Positions 20,086 through 30,582 of a stretch of 64,000 bases of DNA are shown here, in pieces. The notes under the pieces are model-generated. The model saw nothing but the letters and a program-made list of their open reading frames with translations. It ran no database searches and was not told the origin of the DNA. The DNA comes from Candidatus Gottesmanbacteria bacterium (GTDB lineage Bacteria; Patescibacteriota; Microgenomatia; 2-02-FULL-39-11): positions 4,177 to 68,176 of the forward strand of contig JACPZE010000002.1 of assembly GCA_016195685.1 (NCBI GenBank). The letters are read 5' to 3'. Position 1 is the first letter of the stretch. The number at the start of each line of letters is the position of its first letter. The position numbers and the translations under genes are program-made.

Positions 20086-21117
20086 ATGATCGATTTATCT
20101 GCAACGGCTTTTCCTCACAGGAGATATAACCCACTACTTAAGGAATGGGTCTTAGTGTCGGCGCAAAGGATGAAAAGACCCTGGAAAGGAAATAGAGAAA
20201 GAAAAATTACTCCAAATCCATTAAAATTTGATCCACTTTGTTATCTTTGTCCGGGTAATAAGCGGACTATTAATCTATATAATCCGCAATATAAAAATAT
20301 TTTTATTTTTGATAATGATTTTCCTGCTTTATTACCTGATACACCAAATATATATTATAAAGAATATCAACTATTAAATGCTCAAAGTGAAAAAGGGATT
20401 TGTCGGGTAATTTGCTATTCGCCCAGACATGATTTGACTTTGGCAACAATGGAAACTAAGGGTATCGAAAAAATTGCTCAAGCTTGGAAACAACAATATG
20501 AAGAATTGTCTGCATACTCATTTATAAAATATGTTCAAATCTTTGAAAACCATGGTGAAATGATGGGTACCAGTAACTTCCACCCTCACGGTCAAATTTG
20601 GGCTTCAAGTAGTATTCCAACTGTTGTCATGCGTGAGCAAGAATCACAATATGAATATTACGATAAACACAAACAAACTTTACTTTCTGATTATCTTGCT
20701 CTTGAGTTGAAAGAAAAAATCCGCATTATTTTTGAAAATGCCCATTTTGTAGTTTTGGTGCCTTTTTGGGCAACTTGGCCTTTTGAAACTCTGATAATAT
20801 CAAGGAAACCCTATTCTTCCATTCTTCAATTAAATAAATCAGAACTATCCAGTTTAGCCGATGCACTTAAACAAATTACTGTCTCTTATAACCGCTTATT
20901 TAATATCTCTTTTCCATATTCGATGGGGATTCATCAGAGTCCGACGGATGGTAAAAATCATGAAGAATGGCATTTTCATATGCATTTCTTTCCACCGTTA
21001 CTAAGAGGTCCAGCAATTCGTAAATTTATGGTGGGATATGAAATGTTCGCTGAATCTCAAAGGGACATCACTCCGGAAGAAGCGGCAAAACTACTAAGGA
21101 AGTCAACAAAAATATAA
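20086..21117 (+). CDS. galT: Galactose-1-phosphate uridylyltransferase
   Basis: HRRYNPL, CYLCPGN, HPHGQ catalytic motif, RKFMVGYE. Confidence 0.96.
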   Translation: MIDLSATAFPHRRYNPLLKEWVLVSAQRMKRPWKGNRERKITPNPLKFDPLCYLCPGNKRTINLYNPQYKNIFIFDNDFPALLPDTPNIYYKEYQLLNAQSEKGICRVICYSPRHDLTLATMETKGIEKIAQAWKQQYEELSAYSFIKYVQIFENHGEMMGTSNFHPHGQIWASSSIPTVVMREQESQYEYYDKHKQTLLSDYLALELKEKIRIIFENAHFVVLVPFWATWPFETLIISRKPYSSILQLNKSELSSLADALKQITVSYNRLFNISFPYSMGIHQSPTDGKNHEEWHFHMHFFPPLLRGPAIRKFMVGYEMFAESQRDITPEEAAKLLRKSTKI

Positions 21118-21121
21118 ATTT

Positions 21122-22411
21122 ATGGTTTCAAATGTGAAGCGTTTATTTACAAATGGATTACGACAGTTTCGGTATCATTTTAAAGAAAATCCGTCCCATG
21201 CTTATGCGGCACCCGGAAGGGTAGAAATAATAGGTAACCACGTAGATTATCAGGGAGGAAGTGTAATATCCCTGGCACTGGAAAAATACGTCTTATGTTT
21301 ATTAAGAGTCAATGATGCAAATGACAAAATCAAGCGTGGAAAAGTAAATGTATTTTTAACAGCGTTTAAAAAGATGATTACATTTAATATTTCTGAAATT
21401 CAAGATGACTTTATACCGAAAAGTACAAACAGCGAGGATCTATATATAAAAGGACTGATTGCACAAATTGTATTTAGTCAAAGTAGAGAAAAGATATCAC
21501 TATTAGAAAATGGATTTGAAGCGGTAGTAATCGGAGATATACCTATTGGAGAAGGTGTTTCATCATCTGCAGCATTTTTGGTCTCTTTACTTACCTGTAT
21601 TTTAGAAAGTATTCATCTAAAACTTACTTTTTTTGAGAAGATACACCTGATTCGGATGACCGAACATAGAATTGGTAATTTTGCCGGACATCAGGACCAA
21701 ACCGTATCACTTACTGGAGGTATATTGCTAGTTAAACCAGAAGGTCAAAAACCAATCCCAATAAAAATGCATCCCAACTTTGAGAAATTTAAATTTTTAC
21801 TATTCCGCTCAGGTATATCCCGGTCACTTTCTGATAATAATTCACAATTTGCCCTGCGAGTAGCCGAGTGTAACGAAGCTTTAAAAATAATTAATAAATA
21901 CTTGCTTAAACATAATTTAAAAACTGTTCTAAATATTTCTTCACTTGTTGACTCTTATTATTCACATGCTGATATTGGATCTATTTATAAATTTCTAAAT
22001 AAAAATCTTGCAAAGCGTATAAAACATATTATGGAAGAAACAAAAAGAGTAGATAAAGCATATAAAGCAATCACAAATGGAAAAGTAGAGGAATTTGCAC
22101 AACTATTAAATGAATCCGGGGAAAGCTCTGCAAATCTTTACGAAGTAAGCCATCCGAAAGTAGAAGAACTGAAAAAACAAATCTATAATTTTTTTGCTAA
22201 AGAAAAAAGAAAATATATCTTTGCAGCTCGGATGATGGGTGGCGGAAATGGAGGTATGGTTTTGGCGTTCGTACCCAAGGAGAAAAAGCTTATACAGAGA
22301 TTGCAATCATATCTTAGAAGAAATTATTATAATCAGAAGAAAAGGGACAATTTTACTCCAATTGAAGTCACCATTATTAAGGGCCCCATAAACTTAACTA
22401 AATATATATAG
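21122..22411 (+). CDS. galK: Galactokinase-family GHMP sugar kinase
   Basis: APGRVEIIGNHVDY, PIGEGVSSSAA, ARMMGGGNGG; directly follows galT. Confidence 0.8.
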   Translation: MVSNVKRLFTNGLRQFRYHFKENPSHAYAAPGRVEIIGNHVDYQGGSVISLALEKYVLCLLRVNDANDKIKRGKVNVFLTAFKKMITFNISEIQDDFIPKSTNSEDLYIKGLIAQIVFSQSREKISLLENGFEAVVIGDIPIGEGVSSSAAFLVSLLTCILESIHLKLTFFEKIHLIRMTEHRIGNFAGHQDQTVSLTGGILLVKPEGQKPIPIKMHPNFEKFKFLLFRSGISRSLSDNNSQFALRVAECNEALKIINKYLLKHNLKTVLNISSLVDSYYSHADIGSIYKFLNKNLAKRIKHIMEETKRVDKAYKAITNGKVEEFAQLLNESGESSANLYEVSHPKVEELKKQIYNFFAKEKRKYIFAARMMGGGNGGMVLAFVPKEKKLIQRLQSYLRRNYYNQKKRDNFTPIEVTIIKGPINLTKYI

Positions 22412-22433
22412 AAATAAATATACTTTTAAAGTA

Positions 22434-24149
22434 TTAAAATTCCTCAAGAGTTGATGTATCTCCAATTGGAAGACCTAGTTCTTTGGCTTTAAGGATTCTG
22501 CGCATAATTTTGCCGGAACGGGTTTTGGGAAGCTTGTCGATAAATTCGATCTCTCGAGGGTAAGCATGACCTGCCAGGTGTTTTTTTACAAAAAGCGATA
22601 ATTCTTCTTTTAGTTCATCAGTTGGTTTTACGCCAGATTTAAGTACAACAAAAGCTTTGATTATTTCTCCGCGTAATTGATCGGGCTTACCGATTACACC
22701 CGCTTCTACCACACTAGGATGCTCAACAAGAGCCGATTCGACCTCAAATGGCCCTACACGCTCACCGGAGGTTTTTATGACATCGTCTGCTCGGCCAACA
22801 AACCAAAAATAACCGTCTTTGTCTTTCCATGCCCGGTCACCGGAAATATACCACTCTTTCACAAAATAAGAATCATATTTCACGTGTCTGTGCCAAATGG
22901 TTTTCATCATTGATGGCCAGCCTTTTCTCAGCGCCAGATTACCTTCCTTTCCCACTGGTAATTCATTGCCTTCCTCATCTATAATTGCTGCCTCAACCCC
23001 AGGGGTCGGCTTACCCATAGAGCCAATCTTTACATCCATACAAGGGTAATTAGCGATGGAGATAGCTCCTGTTTCTGTCTGCCACCAAGTATCATGAAAA
23101 GGAAGACCGAAGGCTTTTAGCCCCCATCTGATTGCTTCAGGATTGAGAGGCTCACCAACGGATAATAAGTGGCGCAGTGAAGATAAATCATGTTTCTTAA
23201 CAAGCGTCTCACCTTGCGCCATAAGCATTCTTACCGCAGTTGGAGCGGTGTACCAAACTGAAATTTTATATTTCTGAAGGAGCTGGTACCATTTTTCAGC
23301 CGCAAATCTTCCGGAAAATACCAGCGAAGTGACTCCATTACTCCAAGAGCCTAAAATTTCATAAGCAATTCCCGTAACCCATCCAGGATCTGCCGTACAC
23401 CAGTAAGTGTCTTCATCATGCAGGTCTAGCACATATTTAGCAGTCATATGCTCGGAAAGGATGGCCAGGTGCCTATGGACGACACCTTTTGGTTTCCCAG
23501 TTGTACCTGAGGTATACAGCATAAAGGCATAGTCATCCGGATCCATCCGAGCGATATGAATATCTTTGCTTTGTTTAGTTATATTTTGTGAAAATTCCGG
23601 TTCATCTACTATAATAATATGTTTTAAATGGGGAAGCTTGTGGCGGATTTTTTCCACTCTTTGGGATAATTCAGTATTCGTTATCAATACTTTCGCAGAG
23701 CTATTTTCGAGTCGGTCAAAAAGCGCCTGTTCCTGGAAAGCAGAAAATAGAGTGCCGGCGATAGCCCCGATTTTTAAGATTCCCAAAAATGAAAAATAAA
23801 GCGGGGGAATTCTGGGCAGAAAGATAAAAACTCTATCACTACGGTCTACTCCCAGAGATTTAAAATAATTTCCATACTGATTAGATAGATAAGAAACTTC
23901 TTCAAAAGTATATTTTTCTGTTTCATTGTTATCCCCTTCCCAATAGAGCGCTATTTTATTTTTGCGGAAAGTAGTTAAATGCCGATCGATTGCATTATAT
24001 GCAGCGTTTATTTTACCGTCTTCAAACCAGGTTAATTCATCTTCCTTTGCCTTTTCCCAGGAAAAATTCTTATATGTTGTTTCGTAATCCGGCAAATTTG
24101 GTGTTTGCTTAAAATATCCTTTTGGCTTATGGAAGAAATCTTCATTCAC
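22434..24149 (-). CDS. acsA: AMP-forming acetyl-CoA synthetase
   Basis: YTSGTTGKPKG, WCTADPGW, DTWWQTETG, PKTRSGKIMRR. Confidence 0.94.
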   Translation of the reverse strand: MNEDFFHKPKGYFKQTPNLPDYETTYKNFSWEKAKEDELTWFEDGKINAAYNAIDRHLTTFRKNKIALYWEGDNNETEKYTFEEVSYLSNQYGNYFKSLGVDRSDRVFIFLPRIPPLYFSFLGILKIGAIAGTLFSAFQEQALFDRLENSSAKVLITNTELSQRVEKIRHKLPHLKHIIIVDEPEFSQNITKQSKDIHIARMDPDDYAFMLYTSGTTGKPKGVVHRHLAILSEHMTAKYVLDLHDEDTYWCTADPGWVTGIAYEILGSWSNGVTSLVFSGRFAAEKWYQLLQKYKISVWYTAPTAVRMLMAQGETLVKKHDLSSLRHLLSVGEPLNPEAIRWGLKAFGLPFHDTWWQTETGAISIANYPCMDVKIGSMGKPTPGVEAAIIDEEGNELPVGKEGNLALRKGWPSMMKTIWHRHVKYDSYFVKEWYISGDRAWKDKDGYFWFVGRADDVIKTSGERVGPFEVESALVEHPSVVEAGVIGKPDQLRGEIIKAFVVLKSGVKPTDELKEELSLFVKKHLAGHAYPREIEFIDKLPKTRSGKIMRRILKAKELGLPIGDTSTLEEF

Positions 24150-24159
24150 GATATATTAA

Positions 24160-25794
24160 TTAATCTATAATATTTGAGAGTAAATTTCTACTCCCCATTT
24201 CAGCGGGTTTTTTTATTTGCATAAGATCAAGTATAGTAGGTGCTATATCGGCAAGCACACCCGTCGGTAATTCTACAGATTTCCCTTCCCATTTTTTGTT
24301 TATTGCAATAAATGGTACTGGGAAAGTTGAATGTTCAGTATCAATTTCTCCGGTTTTTAGATCGATCAATTCTTCAGCATTACCGTGGTCAGCAGTTATA
24401 AAAACTGTACCGTTGTGATCAAGAACTTTTGGGATAATTTTTGCAAGGCATACATCAGTGGACTCACAGGCTTTAATAGTGGCCGCTAAATTGCCCGTAT
24501 GAGCAACCATGTCAGGGTTGGCAAAATTGATCAGGATAAAGTTATATTTATTGAGATTGAGATTTTTTATTACTTGATCAGTCAATTCTTGAGATGACAT
24601 TTCAGGTTTTAAGTCATATGTAGATACTTTAGGTGATGGAACAATCAGTCTGTCTTCACCGAGAAAAGGCGCCTCCCTAAGCCCATTGAAATAATAAGTG
24701 ACAAACCTTTCTTTTTCACTTTCACTTATACGCAGTTGGTGTAGTCCCATTTGCGAAATTGTTTCGCCCATCGGATGGCTTACAATATTTGGCGGGAATG
24801 CAACCGCTGATACTTTTACAAGTTGGCTATATTCCGTCATTGTTACAAAATATAAATGGGAAATTTTATCACCTCTTTCAAAAGGTTTTTGATAATTTGG
24901 GATATCGACCAAGTGTTTTTTGTGATATTTGACCGCATAAGGGTCAAAATCTGATATATTCGAATTATTTCTAAAGTCATCTAATACAAAAGCCTTTGTA
25001 AGTTGTCTTGGTCTATCTATGCGGAAGTTAAAAAATATCACGCTATCATTTTCTTCTATCAGCCCGATCGGTTTACCTTTTTTTGTTATGGATGTAGGTT
25101 CAATAAATTCATCAGTAATTTTTTTATTGTAATTATTAAGAATTGCTTGATTTACAGTAGTTGCGCAATCACCGGCTCCAGCTGTAAGTACTTTATACGC
25201 TTTTTCAGTTCTGTCCCAACGAAGATCCCGATCCATCGCGTAATATCTACCCATAATTGATGCAATTTCACCAAATCCCAGACTGCCAAGGTAAATTTGA
25301 ATTTGAGATATATAAATAGAGGCAGATTTGGGTGGAGAATCGCGACCGTCAGTGATCAAATGCAAAAATACCCTTATAAATCCTTGTTCTTTCATAAGCT
25401 GCAGAAGTGCCAGAAGATGTTCCAGATTTGAATGCACACCTCCGGAACCTACCAATCCCAATAGGTGAATTTTACTTTCGTATTTTCTGGCGTGATTTAT
25501 AGCAGATAAAAAGGCTTGGTTTTGGAAAAAAGTACCATCCGCTATGGAAAGATTGATTCGGGGAAGATCTTGGTAAACAATATATCCCGCACCTAAATTT
25601 ATGTGACCAGTTTCTGTATTTCCGTCTTCACCTTGTGGAAGTCCTACTGCTACACCAGATGCCTTCAGAAGACCGTGGGGATAACTATTTAAAAGACTAT
25701 TGTAAAAGGGGAGTTTTGCTTGCGAAATGGCATTTCCAGGACCAGCTGGCGCCACCCCCCAACCATCTAAAACTATAAGAATAACAGGACGCAT
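24160..25794 (-). CDS. gpmI: 2,3-BPG-independent phosphoglycerate mutase
   Basis: LDGWG, GNTETGH, DGRD, GRYYAMDRD, NFANPDMVAH, TADHGNAE. Confidence 0.96.
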   Translation of the reverse strand: MRPVILIVLDGWGVAPAGPGNAISQAKLPFYNSLLNSYPHGLLKASGVAVGLPQGEDGNTETGHINLGAGYIVYQDLPRINLSIADGTFFQNQAFLSAINHARKYESKIHLLGLVGSGGVHSNLEHLLALLQLMKEQGFIRVFLHLITDGRDSPPKSASIYISQIQIYLGSLGFGEIASIMGRYYAMDRDLRWDRTEKAYKVLTAGAGDCATTVNQAILNNYNKKITDEFIEPTSITKKGKPIGLIEENDSVIFFNFRIDRPRQLTKAFVLDDFRNNSNISDFDPYAVKYHKKHLVDIPNYQKPFERGDKISHLYFVTMTEYSQLVKVSAVAFPPNIVSHPMGETISQMGLHQLRISESEKERFVTYYFNGLREAPFLGEDRLIVPSPKVSTYDLKPEMSSQELTDQVIKNLNLNKYNFILINFANPDMVAHTGNLAATIKACESTDVCLAKIIPKVLDHNGTVFITADHGNAEELIDLKTGEIDTEHSTFPVPFIAINKKWEGKSVELPTGVLADIAPTILDLMQIKKPAEMGSRNLLSNIID

Positions 25795-25797
25795 AAT

Positions 25798-25825
25798 TAG
25801 TATTTAGTATCTAGTATAAAGTATT
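25798..25825 (+). repeat. Four degenerate heptamers between eno and gpmI
   Basis: TAGTATT TAGTATC TAGTATA AAGTATT. Confidence 0.6.
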
Positions 25826-25845
25826 TAAGGAATAACGAAAAGAAT

Positions 25846-27141
25846 TTAGCTTCTAGAAAATGCAGCGTTTCCTGCGTATTGAGGCGATAAACCCATTTCA
25901 GCTAGCTCTTCCTCAATCTTAAGTAGTCGGTTATATTTTGCAACTCTTTCAGATCTGGCTGGAGCCCCTGTTTTGATCTGATCACAACATGTTCCTACGG
26001 ATAAGTCTGCAATAAAAGTATCTTCCGTTTCCCCAGAACGGTGTGAAATAATGTTATTCCATCCAGCTTTCTTACAAATTTTGATTGCCTCGAATGTCTC
26101 CGTAAGAGTTCCAATTTGGTTTAACTTTACAAGCAGTGCATTGCAAGCTTTGAGTTTAATGGCTTTTTTAATTCTTTCTGGATTTGTTACTAATAAATCG
26201 TCGCCTACAATTTGAATACGATTCCCAAGCCGTTGAGTAAGCCCTACCCAACCATCCCAATCATCTTCTGCTAATCCATCCTCCAGTGATAATATTTGAG
26301 GATACTTATTTATCATATCTTCCCAAAATGAAATCATTTCTTTAGTACTGAATTTTTTATTTTCTTTTCGTAGATTATATAAATTTTCTTTTTGATCATA
26401 AAAAGCAGATGCAGCAGCATCGATTGCAATTCCAACCTTTTTATTATATCCAGCATTTGAAATAGCATCAATTAATAGTTGAACCGCTTCTTCATTTGTT
26501 TTTAAATTTGGTGCAAAGCCGCCCTCGTCACCTACTAAAGTTGAATAACCCCGATTTTTTAAAAGTTTTTTTAGGGTATGATAAATTTCGCTGCTCCATT
26601 GGATTGCCTGGGTAAAAGTATGGGCGGCAAACGGGACGATCATAAACTCTTGTATATCTGGTCCTTGCCAATCAGTATGGGTACCCCCGTTTAAAACATT
26701 TAACATCGGTGTGGGCAAAATATTTGTTTGCTTAACTTCGTATATCCGACCCAAGTAACTAAATAAGGGCATATTTTTTGATTTAGAAGAAAGTCTGGCT
26801 ACAGCCATAGACAAGGCCAAAATAGCGTTTGCTCCCAAATTACTTTTATTGGAAGTGCCGTCCAGAGTAATCATTGCTTTGTCAATTTTCGTCTGGTTTA
26901 AAATATCGATTGGTTTAAGTTGCGAATAAATGCTTAAAATATTTGAGAGAGCTTTGAGTACTCCCTTGCCCGAGTAATCTTTTCCTCCATCCCGAAGCTC
27001 CAATGCTTCATGTTTTCCTGTTGAAGCACCGGAGGGTACCATAGCCGAAGCTGATATATTGTTTGCAGTTATTTCTACCGCTATTGTCGGATTTCCTCTA
27101 GAATCTAGTATTTGATATGGTTTAACTCGATCAATTTTCAT
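25846..27141 (-). CDS. eno: Enolase
   Basis: ILDSRGNPT, VPSGASTG, GDEGGFAP, SHRSGETED. Confidence 0.98.
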   Translation of the reverse strand: MKIDRVKPYQILDSRGNPTIAVEITANNISASAMVPSGASTGKHEALELRDGGKDYSGKGVLKALSNILSIYSQLKPIDILNQTKIDKAMITLDGTSNKSNLGANAILALSMAVARLSSKSKNMPLFSYLGRIYEVKQTNILPTPMLNVLNGGTHTDWQGPDIQEFMIVPFAAHTFTQAIQWSSEIYHTLKKLLKNRGYSTLVGDEGGFAPNLKTNEEAVQLLIDAISNAGYNKKVGIAIDAAASAFYDQKENLYNLRKENKKFSTKEMISFWEDMINKYPQILSLEDGLAEDDWDGWVGLTQRLGNRIQIVGDDLLVTNPERIKKAIKLKACNALLVKLNQIGTLTETFEAIKICKKAGWNNIISHRSGETEDTFIADLSVGTCCDQIKTGAPARSERVAKYNRLLKIEEELAEMGLSPQYAGNAAFSRS

Positions 27142-29465
27142 TTTTTCCCTTGTTTCTGCTCTACATTATATATATTCTCCCGGACGACATCGACAACGTC
27201 AGGATTCACCGAAATGCTTGTGATACCCCAAGATACCAATTTTTCAACTAATTCCGGGAAGTCAGATGGTGCTTGACCGCAGATGGAGGAAGTGACGCCG
27301 TATTTGCTACAAGTCTTTATAACCCGCTCCAGTGCCCAAAGGATTGCTGGATTGCGTTCATCAAATACTTGTGCAACCTCGTCATTATCACGATCTGCAC
27401 CTAATATAAGCATTGTTAGATCATTTGAACCTATTGATACGCCGTCTATACCTAACTCACAAAACTTATCGATCAAAATGACATTGGAAGGTATTTCTAC
27501 CATCAGCCATAATTTAAAAGTCGCGGAACGAGCAAGACCAGAAGCGGCGATAATTTTTTTAATTTGCGCCATTTCCTCCACCGTATGTACAAAAGGTATC
27601 ATCAGCCACAGATTTTTATAACCGTATTTATTCCGGACCATTTTGATTGCCTCCAGTTCTAGTTCAAATACTCTCGGGTCAGAAATATACCTGTATGCAC
27701 CTCGAAACCCCAACATGGGGTTGGATTCTTCGGGTTCAAATTCTTTTCCACCGATTAAATTGCGATATTCATTCGTCTTAAAATCTGTAGCCCTATATAC
27801 AATTGGCCGGGGATTGAAAGCTTCACAAAATTTCGATAAATCCGAAGCAAGTTTAGTGATAAATACTTTTTCTTTGTGTTCTTTAATAAGCTTTCTGGGA
27901 TGAGTTCCAATATCTGCAATCATAAATTCAGCCCGAAGTAAACCAATTCCATTCACATTCATTTTGGATACTTCGACTACTCGATCAGGCTGGGCCATAT
28001 TTACATAGACTTTGGTTGCGGTTTTTAAATGAATACTGCTTTTAGGCTTCACTTGAGCTTTCAATATATTTGCTTGAGATTGAGTAAGCCCCCCTTTATA
28101 GACTTCACCTTTTGCACCATTCACGGTAATCACATTGCCGCTTTTTATTTTTACGCTTGCCCCAGAAGCTCCGACTACTGCCGGAATGCCTAACTCTCGG
28201 CTGACTATCGCAGCATGAGAAGTGCGACCACCTTTTTCGGTCACAATTGCAACCGCCCTTTTCATCGCTGGAACATAATCCGGATTGGTTTGAGGTGTAA
28301 CCATCACATCTCCGGGTAATATTTTCTCGATTTCAGACGCCGAAAAAATTACTTTTGCAGGCCCCCAAGCTATTCCGGGTGAAGCCGGATCTCCGGAAAC
28401 CAAAAGTTCTTGCTTTGATGTGTCCAAAATCTCTTCTTTTTGAGTTTTTAGGTTTTCGCTTTCAGATTTCATTGTCGTAATGGGACGAGTCTGTACTATA
28501 TATACAGTTTCCTTCTCAATAGCCCATTCCACATCTTGTGGATGATAGTAATGTTTTTCAAGTTTTACACCGAGTCTTGCAATCTCAATTAGCTGCTTAT
28601 CAGTTATTTTTTGTTTCCCTACGAGCTTTTTATCCACAGAGTATTCTTTTGTAACACCGTTTTTTCTTACAAGCATTATTGTTTGAGAAACTACTTTTTT
28701 GCTTAACGGTTTAAGAGACTTTTTGTCTACCTCAAAATGATCAGGCGTTACTGCGCCTTGGACAATTAATTCTCCCAAACCATAAATTGCCTCAATTACC
28801 AGCTTTTTCTTTTCGTTGGTAACCGGATCAATTGTAAACATCACACCTGAACTTTCGGAATCTACCATCATTTGCACTGGAACGGCGATACCAACTTTAA
28901 AATGATCAAATTTTTGCTCGGCCCTATAAAAAATTGCTCTGGCTGTAAATAAAGATGCCCATGCCTCCCGGACTTTTAGTAAAACATTCGCCTCACCCAT
29001 AACATTGAGGTAGGTTTCCTGTTGTCCGGCAAAAGAAGCGGTGGGCAAATCTTCTGCAGTAGCCGAGGATCTAACTGCCACGAGAGGGTTTTTCATCATT
29101 GATGCTAATCTTTTACTCAAGCTAGATTTTTTTGCAGAACGTTTGGCAAGATTTGAATAAGCGATCATTATCTCTTTCGCTAATTCTTTTGGTATTTGTG
29201 TTTTAAGAATAACCTTACGAATATTATCGCTCGTTTGTTGAAGGTTCTTTGGGTCCTTATGATCTAACAATGCTAAATAGCCCGCAATTTTTTTTGATAT
29301 ACCGGCACTTTTCAAAAAGTCAAAATAAGCAAACGCGGTTATTACAAATCCATAAGGTACTGGAATCCCAGCGTTGAACATTTCACCCAGATTTGCTCCC
29401 TTTCCTCCGACTATAGCTACATCACCTTTACCTATTTCCTCAAACCAAGCAATATGTTTTTGCAT
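27138..29465 (-). CDS. ppsA: Phosphoenolpyruvate synthase (pyruvate, water dikinase)
   Basis: GGKGANLGE, VRSSATAED, GGRTSHAAIVSRE, GLLRAEF, SIGSNDLT; strong SD AAGGAGGT upstream. Confidence 0.96.
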   Translation of the reverse strand: MQKHIAWFEEIGKGDVAIVGGKGANLGEMFNAGIPVPYGFVITAFAYFDFLKSAGISKKIAGYLALLDHKDPKNLQQTSDNIRKVILKTQIPKELAKEIMIAYSNLAKRSAKKSSLSKRLASMMKNPLVAVRSSATAEDLPTASFAGQQETYLNVMGEANVLLKVREAWASLFTARAIFYRAEQKFDHFKVGIAVPVQMMVDSESSGVMFTIDPVTNEKKKLVIEAIYGLGELIVQGAVTPDHFEVDKKSLKPLSKKVVSQTIMLVRKNGVTKEYSVDKKLVGKQKITDKQLIEIARLGVKLEKHYYHPQDVEWAIEKETVYIVQTRPITTMKSESENLKTQKEEILDTSKQELLVSGDPASPGIAWGPAKVIFSASEIEKILPGDVMVTPQTNPDYVPAMKRAVAIVTEKGGRTSHAAIVSRELGIPAVVGASGASVKIKSGNVITVNGAKGEVYKGGLTQSQANILKAQVKPKSSIHLKTATKVYVNMAQPDRVVEVSKMNVNGIGLLRAEFMIADIGTHPRKLIKEHKEKVFITKLASDLSKFCEAFNPRPIVYRATDFKTNEYRNLIGGKEFEPEESNPMLGFRGAYRYISDPRVFELELEAIKMVRNKYGYKNLWLMIPFVHTVEEMAQIKKIIAASGLARSATFKLWLMVEIPSNVILIDKFCELGIDGVSIGSNDLTMLILGADRDNDEVAQVFDERNPAILWALERVIKTCSKYGVTSSICGQAPSDFPELVEKLVSWGITSISVNPDVVDVVRENIYNVEQKQGKK

Positions 29466-29484
29466 ATAAACCTCCTTTAAAATA

Positions 29485-30582
29485 TTAATTAATTATTTTT
29501 GACAATTCTTTTTTAAAATAGTCTACCCATGGAATTGCTGACGGATCAATATCATGAAGCATGGCAAGATAAAAAGTCGTCCACGATGCTAACTGGATTA
29601 ATTCCATAACTTGAGTTAAAGACGTTTTTCCAGTTAATTGGATGCTTTCAAAAGAAATCTTATTTTTCTCAATTACGCTCTTTGTCAGCTGCATCCGTCT
29701 TGCATTTCTGCTGTCATAAATTTTGGAGTCGATAAAAATAAAATGCAATAAATCTTTAATTTCAGGTGGATAAGATAAACCTTCCATCAAATGATGATTT
29801 AGTTCTGGAACGGCGAAATATAAAGCAAATTGTTTAGCTGTTTCATGAAACGGGTTTCGGATAGCATAAGCGGTGCCTTCCAAAAAGTCTGTAATAATTA
29901 TTACAGGAATTTTATTCATACAAGTGTGGGCTAGTTTTTTGGCTAAATTATTTTCGCTTGAATTGCTTGGCTCGTAAAATTTAATTTTGTTGTCTAGAAA
30001 ATCAGTTGCTTCGGCGATTTCTTCCTTTCCTACTGGAATATACCCGAGTTTGGCAAGCATGCCCAAAAGCCCGGTTACCATGTAGCCAACGCCTATCCTC
30101 GGTTGGGCGCTGGGGTTATGGATTGGATTAAAAATGTAAGCAGGGTAATTATTTAATCTTAGAAAATCAGCCAGTTGTCCACCAGAAGTAATTCCGGCAA
30201 TTTTTACCTCCCTTTCTTTTGCTTCTTTGGCGGTTGCTAGGGTTTCTTCTGTATTGCCAGAATAACTTGATAAAATTACCAAAGAATCTGAATTCACATA
30301 ACCCGGTAACCAATATGTGTTCGCAAGTTCCACTGGAATTTTTGTCATCTGTGCTCCATCATATAGACTCTTGACAATACGAGCTCCGTAAGTTGATCCT
30401 CCCATGCCTGAAATCACGATATTACTGACAGTTTTAAAATTTTGGGGGAAATTGATGGCCATACTTTCCTGCCATGCCTGTTTTATTTGTTGCGGAAGTT
30501 TTTTGATAGATTTAAGAGCGTTCTTTGTATCGAGGTTTTTTATTTTAATAAGATCTTCAAGATTATTCATTTCTGTGTGCAC
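29485..30582 (-). CDS. Bifunctional phosphoglucose/phosphomannose isomerase (SIS)
   Basis: SGMGGS, SYSGNTEET, QPR, ETAK, PELNHH. Confidence 0.88.
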   Translation of the reverse strand: MHTEMNNLEDLIKIKNLDTKNALKSIKKLPQQIKQAWQESMAINFPQNFKTVSNIVISGMGGSTYGARIVKSLYDGAQMTKIPVELANTYWLPGYVNSDSLVILSSYSGNTEETLATAKEAKEREVKIAGITSGGQLADFLRLNNYPAYIFNPIHNPSAQPRIGVGYMVTGLLGMLAKLGYIPVGKEEIAEATDFLDNKIKFYEPSNSSENNLAKKLAHTCMNKIPVIIITDFLEGTAYAIRNPFHETAKQFALYFAVPELNHHLMEGLSYPPEIKDLLHFIFIDSKIYDSRNARRMQLTKSVIEKNKISFESIQLTGKTSLTQVMELIQLASWTTFYLAMLHDIDPSAIPWVDYFKKELSKIIN

